From: Candidatus Roizmanbacteria bacterium RIFCSPHIGHO2_02_FULL_37_13b
Lineage (GTDB): Bacteria > Patescibacteriota > Microgenomatia > UBA1406 > HO2-37-13b
Assembly (NCBI GenBank): GCA_001789395.1
Contig: MFZK01000022.1
Span: forward strand, 6,921-70,920
Direction of reading: 5' to 3'
Length of the DNA stretch: 64,000 nt
Position numbers and translations under genes: made by a program. This document shows, one piece after another, positions 47,718 through 59,000 of the stretch (the first letter of the stretch is position 1; every line of letters starts with the position of its first letter). Below the pieces are notes generated by a model, which searched no databases, was not told the origin of the DNA, and worked only from the letters and a program-made list of their open reading frames with translations.

Positions 47718-48551
47718 ATGCTACCTACTTTAATCATTTCTTTTAGGGAGTTTTTGGAGGTTTTTTTAATTATTGGTGTTTTTTTTGGCATATCAAAAAA
47801 ACTAAAACTTAGACGGGAAAAAGAAATTCTATCGGCATCGATATTAGGAATAATTATTTCATTTATTCTTCCGATTATTACATTTGCTTTAGGCGATAGC
47901 GCTCGAACTATTATTACTGAAAAAAACGCTGAGCTTCTCGAAGGATATTTGATGATTTTTTCTGGAGTGTTTTTGGGTTTTGTAATTTTTTCTTTACATA
48001 AATTCTTTGTACGTTATCGTTCAAGCGCAATAGAATCAACTCATCAGAAGCTGGAAAAAAATATTTTTGATTTATCACTGTTTTTAACAATAGTTTTTTT
48101 CGTCGTGCGAGAAGGTTTTGAAATAGCCCTTTTTACGGCAACAACATCTCTTTTTTCAAAATTTGTTGAAAACCTTCTTGGATTGGGTTTGGGATTTGCA
48201 ATATCTCTTTTATTTGGTACGTTAACATATATATCGTACGTCAAATTTCCGATAAGTAGAATTTACAAACTAACTGAATATTTAATTGTTATTTTAGGAG
48301 CAGCATTTTTAAAAAATGGGATTGGAGAGTTGGCAGAGATTTATTACAATGTGCATTTATCAGACATTATTCCCATAAAATTAAATTTTTTACCGGAAAA
48401 ATCAACACTAATTGGACATATGTTGAAAAGCATTGTCGGAATCGAGCAAAATTTTAGTCTGGCAAAATTGTCTATCATGGTTATTTATGTTGCTTTGATC
48501 TATCTAACTTTACTTCGAGTCAATAAAAAAAATACAAACAAGGCGTCATAA
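47718..48551 (+). CDS. FTR1-family iron permease-like membrane protein
   Basis: Two REXXE-type motifs sit in TM segments: REFLEV and REGFEI. Confidence 0.6.
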   Translation: MLPTLIISFREFLEVFLIIGVFFGISKKLKLRREKEILSASILGIIISFILPIITFALGDSARTIITEKNAELLEGYLMIFSGVFLGFVIFSLHKFFVRYRSSAIESTHQKLEKNIFDLSLFLTIVFFVVREGFEIALFTATTSLFSKFVENLLGLGLGFAISLLFGTLTYISYVKFPISRIYKLTEYLIVILGAAFLKNGIGELAEIYYNVHLSDIIPIKLNFLPEKSTLIGHMLKSIVGIEQNFSLAKLSIMVIYVALIYLTLLRVNKKNTNKAS

Positions 48552-49132
48552 TGCTATCCCGCCCCCAGATTTATTATCGAGCGGTATATAATACAGAAAT
48601 GGACTATTTTAACAAGACTTTGTATATACCTCAGGTTGATAGAAAAGATAATGTTATTGGTCAAGTCGAACGATGGAAAGCTCATGAAGACGTGATTCTT
48701 CATCGGGGGTTTACAATAATAATAGGTTTCCAAGACAAAATAATTATTCAACACCGACGTCATCCAGTCTTTGATGATGTCTACGACATCACTTGTTCTT
48801 CCCATCCAATATACGTAAAAAACAAACTTCAACCAATGATTGATGCGATTTACTTGACTTTAAAGCGGGAGTGGAATTTATCAAAAAATGATTTATTACA
48901 TGAACCTAAGTTCCTCGCTAAAAACTACTACAAAAGCAAAGATAAAAATAGTCAATACAGTGAACATGAAGTTTGCTATGTTTATAAAACCGAGGTTAAG
49001 AGCTTGCCTCTCCCCGATCTGAAATATGCTTATGGATCATCACTTTTGACACGTGAGCAAATCTTAAATAAAAAAACATCAATATATAAGCAATTTGCTC
49101 CATGGGTTTATAAGATGTTTAGCTTGATATAA
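48551..49132 (+). CDS. Nudix-fold protein, isopentenyl-diphosphate delta-isomerase-like
   Basis: LHRGFTIII...IIQHRRHPVFDDVYDITCSSHP resembles type 1 IDI. Confidence 0.45.
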   Translation: MLSRPQIYYRAVYNTEMDYFNKTLYIPQVDRKDNVIGQVERWKAHEDVILHRGFTIIIGFQDKIIIQHRRHPVFDDVYDITCSSHPIYVKNKLQPMIDAIYLTLKREWNLSKNDLLHEPKFLAKNYYKSKDKNSQYSEHEVCYVYKTEVKSLPLPDLKYAYGSSLLTREQILNKKTSIYKQFAPWVYKMFSLI

Positions 49133-49169
49133 TACCATTTGCGGTTTAAATGCGTTATATTTGCGGGAA

Positions 49170-50957
49170 TTAATTTGGTTTGTTTTTATACTCTTCATGT
49201 TGTAGAAAATTGCGGAACGTGCCTTCTGTATTGGCGAGCTGGTGGAAATTACCTTTTTGAATGACTTTTCCTTTCTCAAATACAAAAATTCGGTCGTTTT
49301 GAACCAGCGTAGTCAACCTATGAGCAATGGTAATAATGGTTTTGTCTTTAAAAAGATGCTCAATGTTTTTTTGAATTAATATTTCATTTTTATTATCTAG
49401 TGCAGAAGTTGCTTCATCAAAAATGAGTATTTCTGGGGATTGGAGAATAAGTCGAGCGAGGACGAGTCTTTGCTTTTGACCACCGCTTAAATTTTTACCT
49501 CCTTCAGAAACACGCCCTTCAAAACCACCAAGAAAGTTTGTTATTTCATCAAAAATAAGAGCTTTTTTAGATGCGTCAATAATTGCATCCTTACTTACCG
49601 TTTTATTTGTAAGTCCATAGAGAATGTTTTCTTCAACGGTTCCGGAAAATACATATGGTTGTTGGGGAATATACATGATTTTTTGTGCAATTTCCTCACG
49701 GTTAATTAATTTCAGATTCCGCCCAAAAAGATATATTTCACCCTGGTATCCATGCACAAGGCGGAGAAGAATTTTAACAAACGTAGATTTTCCACATCCA
49801 GACGCCCCGGCTAGACCGATTTTTTCTCCTGCATTAATTTTAAAAGTTACGTTGTTGAGAATTGGAATATCAGGTTTTGTCGGATAGGAAAAAGTAATCG
49901 ATCTTATATCAATGACGGGGTTTTCTGATGGATTCTTTTTATTTCTTTTTACGTGAGTAAATGATCTATCGAGCGGCTGATGCAGGAGTCCGTATAGATC
50001 ATTGACTTTTATTGAGCTTTCGTGGGCTTCATCTAAAATGCGGTGAATTTCTCGAAGAGGTGTGGTAATACTGATAAAAAGGATGGAGTAAACAAGTATG
50101 TCACCTTTCGTAATTGCCCCAGATGCTGAAAAAAACACTGCAAGTCCTATAACGAATATATAAAAAACACCCTCATTTAGATATTTAGCCGCATCGAATA
50201 GTGCCATGGCGATATGATGCTTAATTTCTTTTTTTCTCAATTCTTCAGCTATTTTTTCTATTTTTTTAATCTCGAAATCCGATGTATTTAGTGTGCGTAC
50301 CGTTTCGATTCCTGATAACATTTCAACGACAGTTCCGTCAATATGTTCTTTACCACGTAAAAGAGTAACTCTAATTCCCTTTTGTGATGATATTTGTTTA
50401 ATGACGATAAAAAGACCAACGGGGATAACTAAAATCATTATCGTTGCCAGAGCCGGTTTTTGATAAAAAGCGATTGTTGTTGCTGCGACCGCGCTAAAAA
50501 ATGCAGGAAAGAAATCTAAAAAACCAAGTTTAATTACTCTGACCAGTCCCTGAATAGATCTGAATAGTCTTCCGTGTAATGAGCCAATCTGTTGTTGTTG
50601 TATAAATGATGTAATGTCCGTCTTTAACAGACGATCAATAACCGCAACTGTTTGTTTTTTTTCTGTTTGAGTAGCGACATTTTCAACTAAATATTTTCTT
50701 ATTACCGTAATAATCTCTCGACTAATGACAATGACGAGAATAACCATGATAAAGGGTACGGCTACTAAAAAACTAAACTGTTTGATGTTTACAATCTGAT
50801 CGACAAATTTACCTAAAATAACAGCTGGCAAATTGGTTAGAATACCGGTGATAGTCATTAACAAAGTAGCTACGGTTAGATTTCTTTTTTCATTTTTATC
50901 CATCAATTCAAGTGAGCGTTTGAAGCCGGTGAAAATTTCAATTAATTCTTTTGTCAT
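49170..50957 (-). CDS. ABC exporter, fused permease/ATPase (MsbA-like)
   Basis: Six-TM N-terminal half. Walker A GASGCGKST, signature LSGGQKQR, Walker B ILIFDEATSALD. Confidence 0.85.
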   Translation of the reverse strand: MTKELIEIFTGFKRSLELMDKNEKRNLTVATLLMTITGILTNLPAVILGKFVDQIVNIKQFSFLVAVPFIMVILVIVISREIITVIRKYLVENVATQTEKKQTVAVIDRLLKTDITSFIQQQQIGSLHGRLFRSIQGLVRVIKLGFLDFFPAFFSAVAATTIAFYQKPALATIMILVIPVGLFIVIKQISSQKGIRVTLLRGKEHIDGTVVEMLSGIETVRTLNTSDFEIKKIEKIAEELRKKEIKHHIAMALFDAAKYLNEGVFYIFVIGLAVFFSASGAITKGDILVYSILFISITTPLREIHRILDEAHESSIKVNDLYGLLHQPLDRSFTHVKRNKKNPSENPVIDIRSITFSYPTKPDIPILNNVTFKINAGEKIGLAGASGCGKSTFVKILLRLVHGYQGEIYLFGRNLKLINREEIAQKIMYIPQQPYVFSGTVEENILYGLTNKTVSKDAIIDASKKALIFDEITNFLGGFEGRVSEGGKNLSGGQKQRLVLARLILQSPEILIFDEATSALDNKNEILIQKNIEHLFKDKTIITIAHRLTTLVQNDRIFVFEKGKVIQKGNFHQLANTEGTFRNFLQHEEYKNKPN

Positions 50958-51001
50958 GAAGTTAGATTTACAAATTTCATCTACATTATAATATAACTAA
51001 G

Positions 51002-52318
51002 ATGAGAGTGGCTATTTTAGGCGGAGGAATAACCGGTTTGACTGCAGGATATTTATTAGCAAAAAAAGGTCATAGTGTAACAATTTTTGAAAAGGAAAAA
51101 ATTCTTGGTGGTTTGGCTTCAGGATTTAATCCGCCTAACAGCGCCACGTCTGACGTGACTGGCGGATGGGACTGGCCGCTTGAGCGAGCTTACCATCACT
51201 TATTTGCCAATGATGATGATATTTTAAGTTTTGCGAAAGAAGTGGGGTTTGACCAGATTTATTTTCAAGAGCCGATCACGGCGTCTATGTATGAAAAGCC
51301 AAATTACAAAATCCAAATTTCAAATAATAAATTTAATCTTTATCCATTAGATACACCAGTTGATTTCTTACAGTTTCCTCGCCTATCACCTATTCAAAAA
51401 ATACGAGCAGGAGCAATATTAGCTGGATTAAAACTGTCTCCTTTTCTATCGCTTTATGAAAAGCAAACGGCGAAAGAATTTTTAAAGAAAACAATGGGAA
51501 ATGATACATGGAACATCATGTGGGAATCGCTTTTTCGGAAAAAGTTCGGTAAATATGCGGGAAATATTTTAGCCTCATTTATCTGGGCAAGAATCAAAAA
51601 GAGAACCAAAAAATTAGGTTATATCAGAGGCGGATTTCAGGCATTTGTTGACTATCTAGAAAAAGTAAATAATGAAAAGGGAGTGGTTATTAAAAAAGGA
51701 ACAGGGGTAGGGGATATTAAGAAAACCGGCAATACTTTTGTTGTTAATAGCCAAGAATTTGATTCAGTTATTTCAACGTTACCAACTATGCTGATGACAA
51801 AAATCACCCAAAATATTTTTCCAGACATTTATCTAAAAAAATTTGAAAAGCTGCACTATCTGCATGCGGTTAATCTGATCATTGAATCTAAAGAGCCGCT
51901 TTTTGAAAAAGAATATTGGATTAATGTCTGCTCGGAAGAGCTGCCGATAATGGTATTAGTTCAACACACAAATTTTATCGACAAAAAAAATTACAATGGT
52001 AATCATATTTTATATATCGGTAATTATGTCGATAAAGATCATAAATTATTAAAGATGGGGAATGAGGAAATCTTACATTATTTTCTTCCTTATTTAAAAA
52101 AGATAAATACCAAATACCAAATATTTGATACTAAATACTATTTATTTAAGGCTCCTTTCGCTCAGCCTATCTTTGATAAAGATTTCCTGCAAAACAAGCC
52201 CGATTTTAAAACTCCGGTGAAAAACTTTTTTATTGCCAATCTTGATATGACCTATCCATATGACAGAGGTACCAATTATGCAGTGAAGCTTGGGAGAGAG
52301 GTATCATCTCTTCTTTAA
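51002..52318 (+). CDS. FAD-dependent oxidoreductase (amine oxidase/protoporphyrinogen oxidase-like)
   Basis: MRVAILGGGITGLTAGYLLAKKGHSVTIFEKEKILGG is a dinucleotide-binding fold. The gene carries three embedded repeat/hairpin elements. Confidence 0.65.
   Translation: MRVAILGGGITGLTAGYLLAKKGHSVTIFEKEKILGGLASGFNPPNSATSDVTGGWDWPLERAYHHLFANDDDILSFAKEVGFDQIYFQEPITASMYEKPNYKIQISNNKFNLYPLDTPVDFLQFPRLSPIQKIRAGAILAGLKLSPFLSLYEKQTAKEFLKKTMGNDTWNIMWESLFRKKFGKYAGNILASFIWARIKKRTKKLGYIRGGFQAFVDYLEKVNNEKGVVIKKGTGVGDIKKTGNTFVVNSQEFDSVISTLPTMLMTKITQNIFPDIYLKKFEKLHYLHAVNLIIESKEPLFEKEYWINVCSEELPIMVLVQHTNFIDKKNYNGNHILYIGNYVDKDHKLLKMGNEEILHYFLPYLKKINTKYQIFDTKYYLFKAPFAQPIFDKDFLQNKPDFKTPVKNFFIANLDMTYPYDRGTNYAVKLGREVSSLL
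51130..51166 (+). repeat. GC-rich nested hairpin inside the oxidoreductase CDS
   Basis: TCCGCC-TAACAGCGC-CACGTCTGACGTG-ACT-GGCGGA. CCACGTCTGACGTG is identical to the reverse complement of 17327-17340. Confidence 0.65.
51300..51334 (+). repeat. five tandem degenerate heptamers (CAAAWWN) inside CDS
   Basis: CAAATTA CAAAATC CAAATTT CAAATAA TAAATTT encodes NYKIQISNNKF. Confidence 0.55.
52105..52139 (+). repeat. five tandem heptamers (AAATACY-type) inside CDS
   Basis: AAATACC AAATACC AAATATT TGATACT AAATACT encodes NTKYQIFDTKY. The trxB array has the same unit, strand sense and frame. Confidence 0.75.
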
Positions 52319-53617
52319 TTTCGGCTTATTGATTAAAGCATCAAGAATTTCCCACCGTTTCTTTTTTACCTTGAACGGCACGTCGTCAATCATCACCTTC
52401 GTTGCTGCAGTCATGGGGCGGGAGGAGTAAATATTGACATAGGCCCAGTCAAAATTTATTTGTTTGCATAATTTGACGGTATTTTCAAATTCCGCGTCAG
52501 TTTCACCGCAAAAACCAACAATTATGTCAGTGGTTATTTTGAGATCCGGGATTTTGGATTTTAGATTTGCGACGAGTTTAACAAACTCAGCCGCAGTGTA
52601 CCACCGGTTCATCCGTTTCAACATATTATCATCCCCCGATTGGACGGCAATATGAAGCGCCCGGGAGATATTTTTATTTTGGGCAATGACATCAATCAAT
52701 TCATCACTAAAGTCCCAAGGATTTGATGAAATAAAATTCACATTTTTAAAACCCAGTTTGGCCACATCTTCCAAAAGATATGGAAATAGGGTAGGAATAC
52801 GCATTCGGCCAAGATGTTTGACGAAAATGGGTTTATATTTAGAAATTCTAAATTCGAAATCCGAAGCGCCAAACAAATCCGAATTTTCTAAATTCAAATT
52901 TTCAAACGGTTGTTGTTTTGAATTTTGAATATTAGTATTTTGATATTGTTTCGGATTTTGTGCTTCGTGCTTCGAATTTATAGAAAAGTAGTCTTTTCCG
53001 GGTAAATCCCGCATAACCTGTACATTTTTTTCGCCCAAAATAAGATCAGCCCCATATGAATTAACATTCATGCCGAGTAAAGTCACATTTTCATAACCTT
53101 TTTGTTTAAGTTCAGAACATTCATTGATAATATCTTCGTATGGTCTTGATATTTCCCGGCCCCGGGTAAAAGGGACGATGCAGAATGTACAAAAATTATT
53201 GCATCCGTTGGAGATAGGCACCCAAGCAGATTTTGAATCGGTTCTTAAAGGAACATGATCAAATCCAACTTCTTCAATCGGCATAAACTCGTCAACTGCG
53301 GGCATGATATCCTTTAATCTTTTCAAAAATTTCCCGGTTTTATCTCGATTGGCAACGCCAACCATGCAGCCGGTGACGATAATTTTGATTTTAGATTTTA
53401 GATTTTTGATTTTAGATAGATTATTAACCAAACCATAGACGCGATTTTCAGCAGATTGCCGGACCATACAAGTATTAATGACGATATAATCGGCAGATTC
53501 AACAGTTTTGGCTTTTTTCATGCCACGACCTTCAAGCTCTGTCGATATACGTTCGCTATCAGCGACGTTCTGTTGGCATCCGAATGTCTTTATGAAATAT
53601 TTTTGAGATTTTTTCAT
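52304..53617 (-). CDS. miaB: tRNA methylthiotransferase MiaB (radical SAM)
   Basis: UPF0004 N-terminal domain (FIKTFGCQQN), radical-SAM CNNFCTFC, and a TRAM-like C-terminus. It contains a large in-frame insert at 52841-52985. Confidence 0.8.
   Translation of the reverse strand: MKKSQKYFIKTFGCQQNVADSERISTELEGRGMKKAKTVESADYIVINTCMVRQSAENRVYGLVNNLSKIKNLKSKIKIIVTGCMVGVANRDKTGKFLKRLKDIMPAVDEFMPIEEVGFDHVPLRTDSKSAWVPISNGCNNFCTFCIVPFTRGREISRPYEDIINECSELKQKGYENVTLLGMNVNSYGADLILGEKNVQVMRDLPGKDYFSINSKHEAQNPKQYQNTNIQNSKQQPFENLNLENSDLFGASDFEFRISKYKPIFVKHLGRMRIPTLFPYLLEDVAKLGFKNVNFISSNPWDFSDELIDVIAQNKNISRALHIAVQSGDDNMLKRMNRWYTAAEFVKLVANLKSKIPDLKITTDIIVGFCGETDAEFENTVKLCKQINFDWAYVNIYSSRPMTAATKVMIDDVPFKVKKKRWEILDALINKPKLKKR
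52841..52985. repeat. ~145-bp imperfect palindrome inside miaB
   Basis: The left arm TTCTAAATTCGAAATCCGAAGCGCCAAACAAATCCGAA...ATTCAAATTTTCAAAC aligns with the reverse complement of the right arm TTCTATAAATTCGAAGCACGAAGCACAAAATCCGAA...ATTCAAAATTCAAAAC. The centre is near 52907. Confidence 0.7.
53383..53417 (-). repeat. five tandem heptamers inside miaB
   Basis: Plus strand: TTTTGAT TTTAGAT TTTAGAT TTTTGAT TTTAGAT, encoding SKIKNLKSKIK. Confidence 0.7.
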
Positions 53618-53667
53618 CTCTGGTATTTTAACATGGAGATAGATACCTTATTGTCGAGAATGCATTT

Positions 53668-55991
<2,324 letters not shown>

Positions 55992-55994
55992 TCA

Positions 55995-56255
55995 TTACTT
56001 ATATTTAATTTTAAAAAAACAAATAGTCGACGTCAAAATAAGAGTTATGAAATTTGCAATTATTATCGGCGTTGATTTAATAAGCAGTCCGTAAACGAAC
56101 CATAGAAAAATACCAAAAGTAAATATTAAATACATATGCAATGATATTCCTTTTGTATCTTTTTCTTTGAGAGTTTTAAGCGCTTGAGGTATAAATGAGA
56201 TTGTCGTAAGAAACGCGGCGGTGTAACCGACAACAAGACTTATATTCTCTGGCAT
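55995..56255 (-). CDS. SemiSWEET / PQ-loop family transporter
   Basis: An 86-aa protein with 3 TM segments and a PQ motif (SFIPQALKT). Confidence 0.65.
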   Translation of the reverse strand: MPENISLVVGYTAAFLTTISFIPQALKTLKEKDTKGISLHMYLIFTFGIFLWFVYGLLIKSTPIIIANFITLILTSTICFFKIKYK

Positions 56256-56483
56256 GTCTTTTTCATTATATCATCTAACTCTTGATGTAGATCTGATAGG
56301 ATGATTTTATTAGCTACGTTAGGATCTAAAACGCGGAGTTTTTTCCTAAAGGGCAGTTGATATTTCATCTATTATTCTATAAAAAAAAGATTGATTTGTC
56401 AACTAAAATACCATTGGCAAGATAATAAAGGTTATGGTACGAAGGATCATAAACAAGCGTTGGAGAAAAATGGAGTGACAAAA

Positions 56484-56927
56484 TTACACCGACTGGATTT
56501 TATTTAAGGCAGCAATGATCTTATCTGATGATGATTTGGATTTTAATTCCCTCATGCATATCCCAATAATAGCTTTCGGGTTTTTTTGGTAAATGTCTTT
56601 ATTTTGGTCGATGATTTGTTTTATCTTAAGCTCAAGTTCATCTGCAGATAACTCTTGTGGAAGATAGCATTGAAGAATAGCAATTTGTTTTTCGTTTTGA
56701 ACGACTAAATCATTGCGGTTGCCTTTTTGAAACAATTCTTTGGCTTCCGCCAATTCCTTAACTTGTTTTTGAATTATTGCGATTATTTCATCATCTGATA
56801 ATTCTTTTTGTATTTCGATTTCTTTATTTTTAACAGCGGACATTAATAATCGAAGCACTGATAAAACTTCTGTATTTTTACTTTTTAAAGCAGTTACCAA
56901 GTCAAGTTGAATTTTATTTTTTAGCAT
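56484..56927 (-). CDS. GatB/YqeY domain-containing protein
   Basis: The pattern MLKNKIQLDLVTALKSKN...LSVLRLLMSAVKNKEIE is typical of YqeY. Confidence 0.8.
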   Translation of the reverse strand: MLKNKIQLDLVTALKSKNTEVLSVLRLLMSAVKNKEIEIQKELSDDEIIAIIQKQVKELAEAKELFQKGNRNDLVVQNEKQIAILQCYLPQELSADELELKIKQIIDQNKDIYQKNPKAIIGICMRELKSKSSSDKIIAALNKIQSV

Positions 56928-57052
56928 TATAAGATTGTCAGATTAATTATACTACGTGCAAATTAATTTACTTGAGTATATACCCAGTTGTTTTTAATTT
57001 GTAAAGGGTATAATGCAAAACAGAGTCAGTGACGCTTATATAATAAATCAAA

Positions 57053-57472
57053 ATGAAAAAAAAAGACAAAAATAAAAAAAACACTGTTTATCAATTGATC
57101 GAAAGTCTAATTTTAGATATTGATCAAAAAAATCCAAGTCGGGAACAAATGTTAAGTGACATTAAACAGATGAACTATCGGATCCGGCCAGTTGGGGGCG
57201 ATATTTTCATATTAGCTGCCAAACACAATCATTTACTTAAATCTTTATGGAAATTGTCCAAGATTGAAGAAGTGGTTATTCGTGCTGCAGACACGCTTGA
57301 TGAAGGGCAACGTAGTATTTTTTTCGGCTATATAGATAGTTTTGAAAATCGGATGCAACGATATATATTAGAATCAATGGAAAAATTATCCAAAACTGAA
57401 CAACTTTCTCTTAAAACCATGACTCTCGAGGTTTCTCGCGAGGCGAAAAAGGGCAAAGGAAATATAAACTAA
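57053..57472 (+). CDS. hypothetical protein
   Basis: A 139-aa helical ORF with no recognisable family. Confidence 0.35.
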   Translation: MKKKDKNKKNTVYQLIESLILDIDQKNPSREQMLSDIKQMNYRIRPVGGDIFILAAKHNHLLKSLWKLSKIEEVVIRAADTLDEGQRSIFFGYIDSFENRMQRYILESMEKLSKTEQLSLKTMTLEVSREAKKGKGNIN

Positions 57473-57480
57473 GGCAAATC

Positions 57481-58056
57481 ATGCGTTATCCAATCGTACT
57501 TGATCTAGAAACCAAACATAGCTTCCGAGAATTTAGCGACCCAAAAAAACTCGGGATTTCCGTGTTAGGAATTTTTGATTACCACGATAATCAACTAAAA
57601 GCATTTTTTGAATCAGAATTAAATACGGCGTTTCCCCTTCTTGAAAATGCTTCAATCCTAATCGGTTTTAATATCAATAGTTTTGATCTGCCGGTGTTGC
57701 AGGGATACTATCCGGGGAGAACCGAGCAATTTAAAACCTTTGATATTTTAGACGATATAAAAAACAAATTAGGACGAAGATTAGCTCTAAATGATATTGT
57801 TTCGGCCACTTTAAACAAAAAGAAATCCGGACATGGTCTTGCCGCAATTGATTATTATCGAGAAGGTCAACTAGATAAATTAAAAAGCTATTGTCTTTCA
57901 GACGTATCCTTAACAAAAGAACTATTTGAATATGGAGTCAAAGAAAAAAAAATATTTTATCCGCATTTAAGTGGCAAAATGGAACTTAAAGTAACTTGGG
58001 AAAAATCTTTATCTCAATCAAACGACAATGATGTCAGTCTTACGTTACCTTTTTGA
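57481..58056 (+). CDS. RNase H-fold 3'-5' exonuclease-like protein (DEDD-type)
   Basis: IVLDLET, GFNINSFDLPVL and HGLAAIDYY...CLSDV fit the Exo I/II/III motifs. Confidence 0.55.
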   Translation: MRYPIVLDLETKHSFREFSDPKKLGISVLGIFDYHDNQLKAFFESELNTAFPLLENASILIGFNINSFDLPVLQGYYPGRTEQFKTFDILDDIKNKLGRRLALNDIVSATLNKKKSGHGLAAIDYYREGQLDKLKSYCLSDVSLTKELFEYGVKEKKIFYPHLSGKMELKVTWEKSLSQSNDNDVSLTLPF

Positions 58057-58068
58057 TATAATTTCTAT

Positions 58069-58989
58069 ATGCGCTTAAAAAAAATAAAAACCATTTTAAT
58101 TGCTGCAAGGCCTAACCAGTGGATTAAGAATTTTATTATTTTTACAGCAATATTGTTTTCAGGGCAACTTTTCAACATGCCACTTCTTTTCAAGTCGGCA
58201 TTTGGATTTATTGTTTTTTGTCTGTTATCCTCAGTTTCTTACATTTTGAACGATGTTGTTGATTATCAATTTGATCGTAAGCATCCAATAAAAAAGTTGC
58301 GGCCGGTGGCTTCAGGCTCTTTAAGTATTCCTGATGCAACGTTTGTTGTCTTTATTCTTTCGTTAGTAGCTCTTATTATTTCATTATTCTTTTCCATTCC
58401 CTTCTTTATTCTGTCTTTAGTATTTTTGTTATTGCACTTTTTTTATTCGTTATATTTTAAGCGTTATCCGGTGCTTGATATATTCACCATTTCTTTCTCG
58501 TTTATGTTGCGTGCATTTGCCGGTCAAATAATAACTGGTTATCATATTCAAATATGGCTACTTTTAACAATATTTTTCATCTCTCTTTTTATCGCCACAG
58601 TTAAGCGTCATTCCGAATTGGTCATCCATGGTAAGGAAACCCGGTCATCTTTAATTTATTATAAAGGGCACTTGTTAGACTTTCTGACAACTACTTTCGC
58701 GACTCTGACAATCACCTCATATTCACTTTATACTTTTTTGGAGAATCCACCACTAATTGAAACGCAATTATCGCGTTATTTTCAAAATGTTTATACGAAC
58801 TTTGAAGCTCGCAAATGGTTTATGGTGACTATTCCATTGGTTGTCTATGGTATTGCCCGTTATGCACAACTCCTTTATGAAAAAGATCAAGGCGAAGCCC
58901 CGGAAAAGATCATGACCCAGGATAAGCCACTAATTTTTACCATCTTTGCCTGGGGTTTAATCGTGATTTCTTTAATTTACGTTTTTTAG
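58069..58989 (+). CDS. UbiA-family prenyltransferase, decaprenyl-phosphate phosphoribosyltransferase-like
   Basis: ARPNQWIKNFIIF N-terminus, NDVVDYQFDRKHP Asp-rich motif, and about 8 TM segments. Confidence 0.65.
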   Translation: MRLKKIKTILIAARPNQWIKNFIIFTAILFSGQLFNMPLLFKSAFGFIVFCLLSSVSYILNDVVDYQFDRKHPIKKLRPVASGSLSIPDATFVVFILSLVALIISLFFSIPFFILSLVFLLLHFFYSLYFKRYPVLDIFTISFSFMLRAFAGQIITGYHIQIWLLLTIFFISLFIATVKRHSELVIHGKETRSSLIYYKGHLLDFLTTTFATLTITSYSLYTFLENPPLIETQLSRYFQNVYTNFEARKWFMVTIPLVVYGIARYAQLLYEKDQGEAPEKIMTQDKPLIFTIFAWGLIVISLIYVF

Positions 58990-59000
58990 AGACTTCACTT

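Noticed and set aside
36992-53417. Whether the heptamer arrays could be a CRISPR array or part of one
   Set aside because: The units are 7 nt, contiguous and without spacers, and they lie inside ORFs. No cas genes are in the window.
56240-56368. 42-aa minus-strand ORF MKYQLPFRKKLRVLDPNVANKIILSDLHQELDDIMKKTCQRI, resembling the N-terminus of RelE/ParE-type toxins
   Set aside because: It is too short, has no antitoxin partner ORF upstream, overlaps the SemiSWEET start, and the similarity is only a loose pattern from memory. At best it is a decayed remnant.
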